Below, piece after piece: positions 37,579 to 51,314 of a stretch of 64,000 nucleotides of DNA. Location of the stretch: the NCBI GenBank assembly GCA_013265495.1, contig MU057632.1, positions 480,054 to 544,053 on the forward strand, given 5' to 3'. The translations under genes were made by a program, and so were the position numbers. The notes beneath the pieces are model-generated. The model searched no databases, had not been told where the DNA came from, and was given only the letters and a program-made list of their open reading frames with translations. How positions within the stretch are numbered: position 1 is the stretch's first letter; each line of letters starts with the position of its first letter. The DNA is from Vicugna vicugna (Eukaryota).

Positions 37579-37697
37579 GGGGGCGGGTACAGCTCAGCAG
37601 GAGAGCACGTGCTTAGCATGCAAGAGGTCCCAAATTCAATCCCCAATACTTCCATCTAAATAAATAAATAAACCTAATTCCCTCCCCCCACCAGAAA
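37579..37697 (+). mobile_element. Camelid-type tRNA-derived SINE
   Basis: gggggcgggtacagctcagcaggagagcacgtgcttagcatgc...aaataaataaacctaattccctcccccc. Confidence 0.85.
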
Positions 37698-37829
37698 AGG
37701 CCTAAATTTTTTGTAATAAAATTCAATTTTTTTTAAATGAAAGGGGAGTCTGTTTGCACAGGAACTTAGAAATAAGGGAATTAAATTTACCTCATGATGG
37801 CCAAACACATAAGGGTCTCTTTTTAAAAA

Positions 37830-38710
37830 TGTTTTAACTTTTAAACAATTCTAAAGGTTATTTTCCATTTATAGTTATTATAACATATCGGCTACATTCT
37901 TTGTGTTGTACAATATATCCTTAAGCCCATCTTAAACCCAATAGTTTGTATCTTCTACCCCCGTCATATTGCCCCCCTTCCACTGGTAACCATTAGTTTG
38001 TTCTTCATGTCTGTGTGTCTACTTTTTTGTTTTATTCACTAGTTTGTTGTGGTTTTTAGATTCCACATACAGGTGATGTCATACAGCATCTGTCTTTCTC
38101 TGTCTGACTTATTTGACTTAGTATAATGCCCTCCAAATCCATCCATGTTGCTGCAAATGGCATTATTTCATTCTTTTTTATGGCTGAGTAGTATTCCATT
38201 GTATATGTATGCCACATCTTCTGTATCTATTCATCTGTTGATGGACACTTAGGTTGCTTTCATATCTTGGCCATTGTAAATAGTGCTGCTATGAATGTGG
38301 GAGTGCATGTACCTTTTCAAATTAGTGTTTTTGGTTTTCTTCAGATATATACCCAGAAGTGGGATTGCCAGGTCATAAGGTCAGTCTATTTTTAGTTTTT
38401 TGAGGAACCTCCGTACTGTTTTCCATAGTGGCTGCAGCAAACTATATTCCCACTAACAATGCAGGAGGGTTCCTTTTCCCCACATCCTCTCCAGCATTTG
38501 TCATTTGTAGACTTTTTGATGATGGCCATTCTGATAGGTGTGAGGTGATACTCAGTGTGGTTCTGATTTGCATTTCCCTGATGATTAGTGATGCTGAGCA
38601 TCTTTTCATGTGTCTGTTGGTCATCTGCATGTCTTCCTTGGAAAAATGTCTACTAGGTTCCTCTGCCCATTTTTCAATTGTTTTTTTTTAAGTTGAGTTG
38701 TATAGGTTCA
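37830..38710 (-). mobile_element. L1 3' segment (degenerate ORF2 C-terminus plus 3'UTR)
   Basis: ORFs 38442-38630 ([21 protein letters not shown]) and 38392-38601 ([26 protein letters not shown]) are L1 ORF2. Confidence 0.93.
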
Positions 38711-39159
38711 TGATAGTCTTTTTTTCATTTCTCTCATAATTGCAAGGAGCACACCTTGCCCTATAGGGACAAAGGAGGTGTAAGCAGGTACATCCAGGCT
38801 GGTAAGCTGGCAGAAACAACAGAAGCTGGAGGACCAAGCTGATCTCTGTCTCGGGCATCTGGGCTCTTTCTCTCTCTCTCTCATTACTGCATCTCTGCTT
38901 TCCTCTGGCTCTGTTCTGCTCCCCTCTGTCCCATGACCAGGATCCTCTGCTTAACTCATGCCTTCTACGTCCTTGCAACCTCACCTTGCAGACCCCTTCA
39001 CTGGCCATGACCTGAACTCCAATTAATGGCATCCTTTTCATTTCCACTCTACTGACAACTGATTCACCATGTGTATGTTTCCACCCCATGTCTCCACAAG
39101 TCACTTGGAAACAAGGCAAGCACACATGATAGAAAAGAGAGTTTTCTGGTCTAAGCCAG

Positions 39160-39353
39160 AGTAGAAACATTTTTCGCTCTGTGGGCCCTAAGGTCACTAT
39201 TGTGACTACTCAGTGCAGCTGCTGTAGAGTGAAAATGGTCACGGACAATACATTAATGCATGCACCTGACGGAGCTCCAATAAAACTTTATTTATAAAAG
39301 CAGGTAGCAGACTGGATGTGTTCCGTGGGCCATCGGGTGCTGCCCAGGGTCTA
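39160..39353. mobile_element. hAT-Charlie MER58-like DNA transposon relic
   Basis: tgtgactactcagtgcagctgctgtag...ccaataaaactttatttataaaagcaggtagcagactggat...gggccat. Confidence 0.75.
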
Positions 39354-40954
39354 GGCAATGGTGTTCTCAGAAGGGAGTGGGAGTGGGAGGCATCTGCTTA
39401 CATCCCTTGTGTAGAATCAGAAAAGGAACAGGTAGTAGTCCTGGATCTACAGGACTGGACCAGTATCTGATTTTCCTGTGTTATACCCACCAAGACACCT
39501 TGATGATGGTTTGGTGATGCATGTGGCTCCACCCATAGAAGGAGAATTGGATGCTTATGGGCACTTATGAGTCTTAACTCACTGGAGAGTTTTATAGGAC
39601 TAGGAAGCAAGAAAAACCCCTTCCAATGGGACTGAAGTGTACAAAGTCATGGTGGCTCACACCTCAGTGCTCACGGACACGGCTGGATGCTGATCTGTAA
39701 GTGGGACAGCATGCCCATGACGTGTACTTGCCCATGGGCTGCACGGTCACCTGACAACGCACACTTATGGTACAAAGATACTAAACCAGTCACGGAGAGC
39801 CCGATCCCAGCCAGTTACTAGCCAGAAGGCATCCTTAGTAACTCAAGAAAGCCATGACCAGTGGAAACACCCCAGGTTCTGATCCCAAAAGGTCCATTTC
39901 ATTTCACTGAAGGCTCCTGTGCAGAGATGTGACTGTAAACAATGCGGACCAGCAAACCTCCAAACACTTCTTCCCCAAACCCTGTGGTTCTGCAGACCCA
40001 GGATCAGCAACAACTACAATCTGTTCCATTCGTGGATAACTGTCTTATTTAGTAGCAAAAATTAATGTCTGAGAAATCTCACTATTTTTATTTTTAGAGG
40101 TCCATACATCGACAAAGTTTATTCTTAAAATAAACTCACCATTTGTCGTTCAAGTTATTCTTTACAAGCCTTTTAATTTTTTTTTTTTGGTCAAATGAAG
40201 GGGTGTTTTCACACATTTTGATTATATACATGTATATGCATACAAACATTTTAAAAAGGCAGTATTAATGTTTGAGAAGAAACACAGTGATGGATGGAAT
40301 ACTGCTGGCAGAAACCCAATTACACAGAAATCTGAGTTATTTTAGACTACAAACTAACAATGGACGTAGGGTGACAGTCCACAGGAGACCGTTAATACCA
40401 ACGAATCGCAGACATAACTGGATGTGGCTCTGCCTTATATGTCTTTCTTTATCCAGTGTCAGCTCAGCTTCAGCTTGGTCACAGCACAACCCAAGAAGTA
40501 CCTGGGTCAACTGCAAGTCTCCTGATTCATTAGGAAGAAAGGCTCTCAGGGAGGCGGCTTTCTACTCAGGCTCTTCACAGGCGGTAAAAGAACAGAACAC
40601 CATATACACAAGAGGAAAGCAGCATCAGACCGAATGAAAGCTCTTCTCTCCTTTCAATACTTATAAGTTAACAAGTGAATGGAAATATTTCAAAAAGAAG
40701 CCAAAAGAAACCAAGCCCATGAGCTGGGCTGGGACCAGCCAGAAATGGATGCTTTTGTGTTCTGGACGTCCTGGGTAAGGTGGGACTCACGGACTCCAAG
40801 GCCAGCGTGAACGAAGCCAGTGGGGACCAAACACAGGGACCTGCCACCTCACTGCCACCACAAGGGAGGGGAGGGGAGACAGCAATGGGAATTCTACTTG
40901 AAGGGAATTTCCATACGTACAGTATAGACAACCTGATACTTGCCACTACATCAT

Positions 40955-41188
40955 TCATTTTTTTTAAAAATTTCTTACTGAAGTGTAGTTGATTTACAAT
41001 GTTAGTTTCAGGTGTCCAGCAAAGTGATTTAACTGTACATGGACATACATACATTTATTTATTTTATTTTCAGATTCTTTTCCATTATATATTATTGCAA
41101 GGAACAGAATATAGTTCCCTGTGCTACACAGTAGGTCCTGTTGCTTTTATATTTCATACACAGTAATGTTTACCCCAACCCCTAATTT
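40955..41188 (-). mobile_element. L1 3' end
   Basis: ctgaagtgtagttgatttacaatgttagtttcagg...; tacatcatt is repeated on both flanks. Confidence 0.88.
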
Positions 41189-41738
41189 ACATCATTGATA
41201 TTATTCAAGTCATTTCTGACTCATTAAGCTTTCAAGCTGACAATCTGCAGTGAGAATCTAAGCAAGAGTGTTTGGCACTGGAAGCGCCCCAAAGTCTGGG
41301 CTTCCCGAGGTGCAGGGAGACAGGGCAGTATTCTGTCCCACAAATCACCCAGGGGACTTGTGTTCTGAGTGTCACACTCAGTAAAACACTCTTCATCTGC
41401 AAAATTCCACTGGCCAACTCTGCCAAGAGCCTGAGTCAGTGGGTGCTCAAGGTGACAGATGTAGCTCAAATAAAACCGCGTCCCTAGAGCACCTCAGAAA
41501 AAGCCCATGGCTTGTTGAGAGGATGGGGAAGTAGACGTAGGGAGCAGACAGGGAGAGGACAGGGAAGAAGGGGTATGTGTTATGAACACAGTGAAAGAGG
41601 GTCACACAGCTGGAGAGTGTTACAAGACAAGGTGCCCCAGTCTCACTTCCGCCCAAAGATCACTTCCATCCAGCAGCTTCTTTAACCCTTTTATGTCTGG
41701 GGTGCATGGATGGGGTGGGAGGTGTGCGGGGACACATA

Positions 41739-42368
41739 CTGCTGACCCTCATGACTTGCAAAGTCTCCGTATCTGTGAGTTTGCCTACTCTGAATATTTA
41801 GCCATGACCCCCAAATCAAGGCTCCCTGGGCACTCACAGGTCACCTGCAGACACACCAAGGGTGGCCCCAAAGCTGAGTCACCCGGTGCCCACATTCCCA
41901 GATGAGCTTGAAGGAGGCGATGCACTGCTTTCCTGTTTCAGATCTCATGTTGTAAACAAGTGCCCACTGTGGAGTCGATTTCCTGTCACATAGCCTGCAT
42001 TTTGGTGCTCTGTGTGTGTGTGCAATCTGGCTGTTCAAAGCGTGCCCCCCACCCCCACCAACCGAGCGCTGTCCAGTGTCCTGAAGTGCAAGGTTGTGGT
42101 GGGAAAACACGTAAGGTCAGCTTACCCAGAAACGAGCCATAGTACTACTGCCGACGAGTTCAAACGTTAGTGAATCAACTCCACACTAAGTCACGTGTCT
42201 TCAACTAGAGACACACATAAAACAAGGACAGGCATTGATCCGTTGATAAAATGTGACCCAGGGCTCCCAGGAGCCTTGCTCTGTGTTTCTGCTTGGAGCA
42301 ATGATTTGGTATTGGCTAATGCAGTGACTTCGTAGACTATGACTACCATGAACAATGAGAATCTACTG
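41739..42368. mobile_element. TcMar-Tigger MER82-like DNA transposon relic
   Basis: Begins TA|ctgctgaccctcat...gtttgcctactc...accccaaatcaa and ends ...gactaccatgaacaatgagaatctactg, with degenerate terminal inverted repeats. Confidence 0.75.
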
Positions 42369-43222
42369 TGTATTTTTTTTTAATTTACCAAAGCGGGTGC
42401 TTGTGTATACTACATACACTGTGTTTGTTATACCTTGATTTTTTTCACCGAATAATTCACTTTAGAAACCGTATCGTGCCAGGCCATGCATGTTTATGTT
42501 CTTCTTTTCAAAGGATGCACACTTTTCCCTTGGACAATTTTGCCATCATTGATGATCTAGCCAGTAATGATGGAGTTTTAGGCTGTTTCTGTATTTTTTC
42601 TTAAAAAACAAAACAAGCTTGAGGGCAAATTCCTATGTTTACACCTTTGCAAACTGCACAGATCTCTGAATGAGAGAAAATTCTGGCCTCTGTAAGAAGT
42701 ACATGACAGTCTTGTCTGGAAGAGTTTTTAAGAGACTGATGTTACTGCGTGGGGTGAGGATGTGGCCTGTGAATCTGATGCGGCTGGGCAGCGGCTACAT
42801 CCACTGGGGATGTTTAATAAGTGTCACAGAATCAGACCTTCTTTGACAGGGAAGGTCGAAGTTTATTAACGGCAGGGTCTCTTTATTTGAGGACCAGGGT
42901 AAGTACTTTGCATGTATTTGTGTGTAGATCTGTTCCATGAGTAAGGGAGGCCTTTGTAAAGAGCTCTGTTTTGTGGCACCAAACCAACCCTCTTCTCTAA
43001 GGGAAAAAGTAACAGCCATGTGTCAAAGAGAATCAGGCCTGGCCTTCTCTGTCTGTCCCCCGTCCCCGCCCCTTTCTGGTGGTGCTGGGTACTGAATGAA
43101 TTAGCCCGGAAGCAGGACCATGAGTGAGGGGGTTCTGACACCTGAGAAAGAATATCTTAGGTATTCAAAAATCATGGGGGTAACTTAGGGCATAAAGAAC
43201 TGTTCCTAAAAATAAAGGAGAC

Positions 43223-43615
43223 AGTAAGCCAGAAAGAGAATGAAAAATACCGTATGATATTACTTATATGTGGAATCTATCAAAAAGAGACAAATGAACT
43301 TATTTACAAAACAGAAACAGACTTACAGACATAGAAAACAAACTTATGGTTACTGGAGCAGCAGGGAAAGGGTGTGGGAAGGGATAAATTTGGAGTTCAA
43401 GATTTGCAGATACTAACTCTATATATATATAGTGGATGAATAACAAGGTCCTATTGTAGAGCACAAGGAACTATATTCAATATCTTGTAGTAATCTATAA
43501 TGAAAAAGAATATGAAAAGGAATATATGTATGAACACATATGACTGAAACATGATGCTGTACACCAGAAGTTGACACATTGTAAACTGACTATACTTAAA
43601 TAAAAAAAATTTTTT
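43223..43615 (+). mobile_element. L1 3' end
   Basis: agtaagccagaaagag...aaacagacttacagacatag...gtaaactgactatactt. Confidence 0.9.
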
Positions 43616-43844
43616 TTAAATAAATGAGAGCCCTTCATTTTCTCTAAGTCATGTCTCTGACTTAAGATCTTCCTAGCTAAAAAGAAGTCTGGAGAAGCAC
43701 CTCTCAGTGTACGGCCACAACTCATGCACAAAATGGCCATCTCCAGCCCAGCAATTTCAAACATTGCCCAAACTCCTTTCTCATTATTCATTAATGAAAC
43801 CACTAGAAACCATTAGTCTTCTAATGACAATATTAACCATAAAA

Positions 43845-44046
43845 AGATACAAACTACTATGCACAGGATAGATAAACAACAAGGTCCTACTGTATAGCAC
43901 AGGGAAGTCTATTCAATGGCTTGTAGTAACCTGCAGTGAGAAAGAGTATGAAAAAGAATGTATGTTTATTTGTATAACTGAATCACTATGCTGCAAACCA
44001 GAAACTAATATAACATTGTAAATCAACTATACTTCAATTTTTAAAA
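43845..44046 (+). mobile_element. L1 3' end
   Basis: agatacaaactactatg...aaggtcctactgtatagcacaggg...aatcaactatacttcaat. Confidence 0.9.
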
Positions 44047-44369
44047 ATGGGAGGGAAAAGCCTCTCACAGACCAGGAGGGTGGAAATCAAAGTTCACATA
44101 ATTTCAATGATTCATATGAAATAAGAAGATACTGTGCTTGCAAAGCGGGAGGTGTGCGTCCCCTCTGGTAAAGAGGATGAGGAATTTCAGAAGTGGGGAG
44201 GGTCGTCTCACCCTGCTGCTCCTGCCTGGGTCTGAACAACCCACCCAGGCCCTCCTGGGCACACAAACAGGGTGCAAAGTGCACTTAAGGACAGATGTGC
44301 GAGCTCATTGGAATTTCTGGGTGAACACGCTTGCCTTCCCCTAGTGAATTTACCAAGTGTAATTAGATT

Positions 44370-44376
44370 GTGTGCG

Positions 44377-44409
<33 letters not shown>

Positions 44410-44436
44410 ATGAGAGAGAGAGACAGACAGACAGAC
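44370..44436. repeat. (TG)n(GA)n(GACA)n compound microsatellite
   Basis: Visible run. Confidence 0.93.
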
Positions 44437-44569
44437 CGACTGACTGAGGCACTGGAGCCTCACATAATGGTGATGTGTACTCTTTCCCACTCCCTCAAAA
44501 TCTGGAGATATTTCTTGCCAAATTGTCATTATCTGGAAGGAAACCACAGTTGGCTCACTAAATAATAAT

Positions 44570-44664
44570 TTGTTTGTTTGTTTTTTTAATAGAGGTACTG
44601 GGGGTTGAACCCAGGACCTCGTGCATGCTAAGCAAGCACTCTACCACTGAGCTATACCCTCCCC
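44570..44664 (-). mobile_element. Camelid-type tRNA-derived SINE
   Basis: gaggtactgggggttgaacccaggacctcgtgcatgctaagc...gagctataccctcccc. Confidence 0.92.
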
Positions 44665-44914
44665 TTGATTTCTCATCTGATCTCTTCATTTATTGGAGCC
44701 TTGCTCTTTAAACAGCAAGTCAATAGATGTTTTAACCCCTAAAGAGAACCCTGCTTCAGAATTTGACTTCTTTAGAAGAAAAAAAAATCATAAAAATTAA
44801 CACCTTTTGTTGGCTTTTAGGGATTTGTAACAGAGGGGAATATTTTCTCTGCCAATATACATATATATATATAGAGAGAAAAGGCCCTAAAATGCTGTTT
44901 AAAAGAATATTCTT

Positions 44915-45050
44915 GGGGGGTGGGAGGTATAGATCAGTGGTAGAGCGTGTGCTTAGCATGCATGAGGTCCTGGGTTCAATCCCCAGTGCCTCCCTTCAGA
45001 AAAAAACAAAAAAACAAAAAACAAAAAAACAAAAAACAAAAAACAAAAAA
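44915..45050 (+). mobile_element. Camelid-type tRNA-derived SINE with a patterned (A6C)n tail
   Basis: ggtatagatcagtggtagagcgtgtgcttagcatgc...gggttcaatccccag followed by aaaaaac repeats. Confidence 0.92.
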
Positions 45051-45127
45051 CATGGTTTCTTCCTACTTGGTGTTTATGCAGCATTTCTCAGCAGAGGTAT
45101 AAAACTTAAAAGCTAAAAACTTGAGCA

Positions 45128-45205
45128 AGGAGGGTATATCTCAGTGGCAGAGTGTATTCATAGCATGCACAAGGTCCTGGGTTCCAGCCCCAGTACCTCC
45201 ATTAA
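45128..45205 (+). mobile_element. Camelid-type tRNA-derived SINE
   Basis: ggagggtatatctcagtggcagag...ggtcctgggttccagccccagtacctcc. Confidence 0.85.
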
Positions 45206-46879
45206 CAAATGAAGTAAAAAAAATTTAAAAGGAACATTCTTCATCCAATAGTTGAACAAAACCACAGCATTTAAAATGTCACTATTCACTTTTAAAAACC
45301 ACAGAGAACCTTCATTAGAGGGAGGTTTGAGCAGATCACAAGGCCTACAATTGAAGTCATGTCTCTAAGGGTGACAGGACGGCCTGGCCATCAGGGCTGC
45401 CCCTGGCAGTGAGTGTTTTAACCTAACCCAGTCACTTAACATTTCTGCAGTGGACGTTTTCCCAGCAAAAAAGGACAGTCTTAGAGTAGGTCACAGAGGC
45501 CCTTCAAGCTCCGTTATTCCATTACTTAAACGTGTCAAAGCAGCAGATACTGACAACGTTTCCAACCATGAGCTTTAAGGACATGCTTTTATATGTGTAT
45601 TCAAACATACAGAGATTACAGAAAACTTTTTTTATTCAAGCTCAGGGAACTTCTACAGACAACAGGAAATTTCTGCCTGTCATGTAGGCACCCAACCCAA
45701 TGCTACTGCAAAGCGAGTAACATAGTGTGTTAATGTATTTACACACTCATCTGTTCATTAAACACCTCCTTCATATGTGCCTCTTACTGCAGTATGTTCT
45801 CCTCTGGCCACGAGTATGAAAACTACCATTTGGGGGCACCAGTGATTCTATAAGGAGCTATCACACTTGCATGTTTACACATTTATCAGGCGGCGGACGC
45901 TCCCAGATGGCAGGGACCTGCCCCCTGTCACCAGTGCTCAGTGTGAGTGACTTCCTTTACCTGGGACGCAGCTGCTAGCTCTCTGGGTTGTGGCTTCCTC
46001 TGCTTTCTCAATCTCCCAGTACATAGCTGTCAAGGACATCTCAGGGTCACTTGCCCCAGGTCTCCTACTTGGTCACTTCATCGCCATCAGGGTCTTTGCT
46101 GTGGTCACGACACCCTGTTATCTGCCTCCTGCTGCTGTCTTATCTCACCCCAGAGCCGCCACCCCAGAGTTTTCTTTACCATCAGTCCCTACCTCTCTTC
46201 CTCCAAGACCTCGCTCCCCTCAGTTGCTTCATCCTCCCCTTTCGGGGCACGGGGCTTTTCCCTAGGCTTTTATATTTGTACCAACTTCCAGCTGCTTGGA
46301 AAAATAAAAGGTTTAAGTTCTCCTCTGTTGCTCCCTGATCTCCCAGTCTCCCCCTCCCTCTCTCTTCACCCATTTAACTGGTTTAATTATCAGTGATGCG
46401 GCCTCACCTGTTCCTCCTCCCTGCCTCTGAGCATGGGGTGCCTCACCTCAAACCCTTAGCACTGCTTGGGCCAATTGGCATCTCCCTTCCGGACTGCGAG
46501 GCCGCCTCCAAACCAGATTCCCTGCCTGCACAGGAGGCCCTCTGACCACCCTCTCTCCAGGTACCCCTTCCGGCACCCCTCCCGCTCTGCTGTGCCTTCT
46601 GAGATGCTGGCTGCAGTGCCCCCACCCTGCCTGGTCATTGGGTTGTTTTGGCCCTTATCCTGGATGTGATTCCTTCCATGTGACACTGAATGTCCTCAGA
46701 GCACATGGGACTGCAGATGCTGTTCCATCCTAGAGGCTGAGATCCCTTCCAGGTCCTGGCCACCCTGCCCACCCCACCTTTATCCTGGCTATCTACATTA
46801 TTGCCTCCTGCTCCATTTATGTCTTCATTCCTCTCTCATTTTTTTTAGAAGTTGATTAAAATATTTTTCAATGGCATTT

Positions 46880-48176
46880 TGTATTTTTTACTGAAGTATA
46901 GTTGATTCATAATGTTAGATTTAGTTTCAGGTGTAGAGCATGATGGTTCACTATTTTTATACATTACACTCAATTTAAAGTTATTATAAAATATTGGCTA
47001 TATTCCCTGTGTTGTACATTACATCTTTGAACCTTATTTATTTTATATTATTTATTTATACATAATACTTACATTATTTACATTATTTATTATATGTATA
47101 TTATTTTATATTAAATATATTTACATTATTTTATACCTAGTAGTCTGTATCCCTTAATCTTCTACCCTTCTCTTGCCCTCCCCACTGGCAACCAATAATT
47201 TGTTCTCTGCATCAATGAGCCTGTTTCTGTTTTGTTATATTTGTTCATCTGTTGTATTTTTTAGTTCCACATATAACTGAAAACTTAAAGTATTCGCCTT
47301 TCTTGGTCTGACTTACTTCACTAGGCATAATACCCTTCATATCCATCCATGTTGTTGCAAACTGCAAATTTTCATTCTTTTTTATGGCTGAGTAATATTC
47401 CATTGTGTACGGAATATTATACGTATCTGTTGATGGACATTTAGGTTGCTCAAAATGGATTAAAGACCTAAATGTTAAGACAGAAAACCATACAACCCCT
47501 AGAAGAAAACATAGGTGTATGTTCTTTGACATAAGTCTTATTAGCAATATTTGTTTGGCTCTATCTCCTCAGGCAAGAGAAACAAGAGCAAAAAAAAAAA
47601 TCCAAATTGGGCCTAACTAATTTAAAAGCTTTTTTTAAAGGGAAGGAAGCCATCAATGAAACAAAAGGACAACCTAATGAATGGAAGAAGATATGTGCAG
47701 AAGGTATCTTTCATAAGGGGTTCATATCCAACATATATAATAGTTCATACAACTCAACATCAAAAAAAAAAAGCACTCAATGATTAAAAAATGGGCAAAA
47801 GACCTGAACAGATATTTTCCCAATGAAGACATACAAATGGCCAACAGACACAAAAAGATGCTCAACATCACTAACCATCAGGGAAATGCAAATCAAAACC
47901 ACAGTGAGACATCACCTCACACCTGTCTGAATGGCCATCATTAAAAAAGACAACCAAAATAATAAATGTTGGCGAGGATGTGAAGATAAGGCAGCCCTTG
48001 TCCACTGTTGGTGGAAATGTAAGTTGGTGCAGCCACTGTGGAAAACAGCATGGAGGTTCCTCCAAAAAAGAAAGAAAAAAAAAAAACAGAACTACCATAT
48101 GTCTAGGAATTCCACTCCTGGGTAGATATCCGAAGAAAATGAAAACACTTATTCAAAAAGACATATGCACCCTATC
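46880..48176 (-). mobile_element. L1 with a 5' inversion (minus-strand 3' part to about 47450; plus-strand ORF2 part about 47449-48176)
   Basis: Orientation switches at ...ttaggttgct|caaaatggattaaagacctaaatg. The plus-strand part encodes degenerate ORF2 (SKWIKDLNVK; MAIIKK...KCWRGCE...[14 protein letters not shown]). Confidence 0.9.
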
Positions 48177-50075
48177 TTCTGAGCATCATTTCTCTTCTTT
48201 ATAAGCCCCTCACTCCACTGCAGTCCTTCTTTGAGACTTGGTCCTCCTGCAGCTGCTGTATTTCCCTAGTCTTCTCATCTCTCTTTCACAAACTCCTCCT
48301 TCTCTTCTTTTCTCCCTGAACCTTCGTCTCCCACCAGCTTCATAATTTCATCCCTCATCACCTCTACCTTGGTAACAAATGACCCTACTCTCTCTCCCAA
48401 AGCTCAAACAGGTTATATGTTCACTCGTGCACCCTGTCTCTCCCTAAAACAGAATTAAGCAACTTCTGCTCAGTCTTAGTCACACTGGCCTGAAAGCTGG
48501 AAAATCTGAACTCTTTCATCTCTTTTGTCTACCAGATGTGGCTCCAGGACTGAGAACTCTGGTTCTCCCTTTGAACCCTCTTCCATCTCCCTTCTTCCAC
48601 ATTCCCAGAGCTAACACTCCAGGTCACCCCCTACCATACTATGTCACTGTACCAACCCCAGGCACTAAATCTGGAGTCACCATCACTCACCTGCAGCTCT
48701 GGAAGCAAGGATTAAAAAAAAGACACATAATAGATGTATTGTGAATAGGTCTTTCAAATGTATTATCATGTGCTTTGGAAATCTATATTAAGGCTGCAAC
48801 GTGGAGACGGATTTTGGACCAACAACAAACCAAAAAAAATTTAAGTAATTGCCTTTAACCTTTTTTGGAGGGAAAAAAAGAATGCTGTCTTGTTAATGAC
48901 AATTGTGAATTATGGTCTCTACCCTTGAATGAGAGGAAGATTCTGTTTTCTCCAGCACAACGTGACAGTTCCTTGACTATTCTTTTTATGGTTGTCTAGG
49001 CTACCTTGCTTGGTGCCATCTATAAACTCACTTTTATTATCCACTTCCTGCCCTGAAGCCTGGAATAAAACTCCATACCCATGAGCTCTGGAAAAACAGC
49101 TGTCAGCAGCATGACCCGACTAGTTTGGGAACAGTTACTTGTAAAGTAACTCATCAAAGTCCAACACTGGGAGCAAAAGCACTGGGACCATGTAAGGGAA
49201 TCTTTCCTGCCAAAGATAACTTTCATGTGCAGTGGAAAGACTACCACTCCCTTCTCCTGAGAGAAGCGTGGTCCCCCAGACCGGTGGCCCAAATGACTGC
49301 AGAAGTCAACATGATTGGCATGATGACTGTACCCTTTTTTCTTTCCTTGTGTGTCTCCTGTGCTATCTGTGGAAGGTCTGCAGGGCCATCTCAGGGTAAG
49401 ACTGATGTGGGACTGATCGAGTGACTGCTTTGTGCTGATTCTAAGCCATCTCCTTGTGTTTATGCTCTGGTGGATCTGAACATAAAGGAACGTATCTGAT
49501 GTTCTTCTTGGGGGAAAAAAAACTTGGATGCCAATTTAAATGTTCAAGCTTGGTAAAAGTCACCCCTAAACAAAGGGACTGTCATTTCTTCCAGTAGTCA
49601 AGGACCACAGAAGTAACAGCAGATGCTCCTCGGGTTCCAGATTTTATCTTGCAGGCTACAGGTGGGTCCCCCCAAGGTCACTGTATTGCCACTCAGCTTC
49701 CCTGCCTTTTCCACTGGATGGAGCAGAAGGCAACTATGGGTTTTCATCATCTGGCATGGTAAATTTAAAACTAATTTAATCTCACCCTGTAATTCCTTAA
49801 CCTGACTGCCCACTTAGTTCAGAAATATATTTGAAGCTAAGGTTATAGCCTTAAGGAGATGGAACAAGAGCACATTACAGACTGTAATAAACACACATTC
49901 CTACCCTTCCCGACTTTACCTCCACTCTGGCGTGCCTCTCTTCAGCTGAAGAAGAGCCATTTTCCACATGCCTGGAGAAAGTCTATCAAACGGGAAGGAG
50001 TATTTTCCAAAGTGTTCCAAGGACATGGCATGAGGTGGGCACTCAAATACACAATGAATGAAAGAATGAATGAAT

Positions 50076-50207
50076 GGGGGGAGGGGGGAGCTCAGTGGCA
50101 GAGCTCAAGCTTAGCATGCACAAAGTCCTGGGTTCAACCCCTAGCAGCTCCATTAAAACAATTAAAATAGATAAACAAATAAACCTAATTACCCCCCACC
50201 AAAAAAA
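50076..50207 (+). mobile_element. Camelid-type tRNA-derived SINE
   Basis: gagctcagtggcagag...gcttagcatgcac...gggttcaacccc...aaacctaattacccccc. Confidence 0.85.
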
Positions 50208-51314
50208 TTAAGAATGAATAATGAATTCTAGGCTCCGGCGAAGGCTGGGTATAGTAGTCTCCCTCCATGTACTAGAATAAAGAAAGTTAACAATAGTAGA
50301 AATTTAGAATACATACTGAAGATAAACAGGCATTTCACTGGATTTTTTTAAAAAACAAACTTTCGGTTTACATGATTGTTCTTAAACTATTTGGGGGAGA
50401 GAAAAATAACATCCCAAAACAAAGTCTTTATGAAGCAGCAATGGTGTCTTTTCTATTTTTAAAAATACTCTGGAGCAAATTAAACATACTCAGAATGTTT
50501 TATTAACGGGAACATTCAGTTTCACCGGTTTCAGTATTGCTCTTCGGAAATGACCATGATCCATAGGGACTCCTGTGTCTGGTCTTTGCGTGGGGATGGA
50601 CAAACAGAATGCCCACCTGCACAGGCAGCGGGGGCCTTGAGAACTAGCAGCTGGCAGGTTTAGACATCTGGTGATCAGAGTTTACCTGGTAAACCCCTTC
50701 AAGTGGAGCAGTAGCAAAATGCCCTGGAGAAGGGCCAACCTTTGCTTTCATCCTGTCAATGCAGAGAGATGGTTTTCACAGCTCAGTAAAGAGCAAACTC
50801 CTATCCTTCTGGACTAAAAATGCCAGGAGAGAACATGCTGGCTTGTCTCCGCCAGGTCTCTGTACTTCCCAGTCAAGCCCTTATGCAGAGCATGAGGTCA
50901 GGTTATTGAACACACACTGAAGAATCACGCTCTGACTTTACACAAGAGAAATGTATCCAACCACCCAAAACACAGAAGGAGAAGCCCAATTCTCAATTTC
51001 GTCTGGTCCCAGAGTCACCCAGACGTGAGGGGAAGAGCTTCACAGAAAAGGGAGCCCTGAACCCGGTGCCCGTTCTAGAAAAGATTACGGGAATAGTGGT
51101 CACAAGTCTATGCTTTGGAAACATGTCCAACTAGGAAAAACTACTGGTGGTTTTGTCTCTCTTATGGTACTCCAAGGACAACTTGAGTTTTGAGTGCATG
51201 CTTCAATCTCCAATTAAAAAGAAAAATGGAAGCTCTGTTGCCAAATTATAGATCTACTTCTTGGCTCACTGAGTAAGGAAGCTGCTAACAATTATATCAG
51301 TCTATGTGATAAAT

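Noticed and set aside
42065..42085. RE1/REST-like site (16/21 match; KCNQ genes are reported REST targets)
   Set aside because: It has two mismatches in the critical CAGCACC half-site and lies inside a MER82-like transposon. Probably chance.
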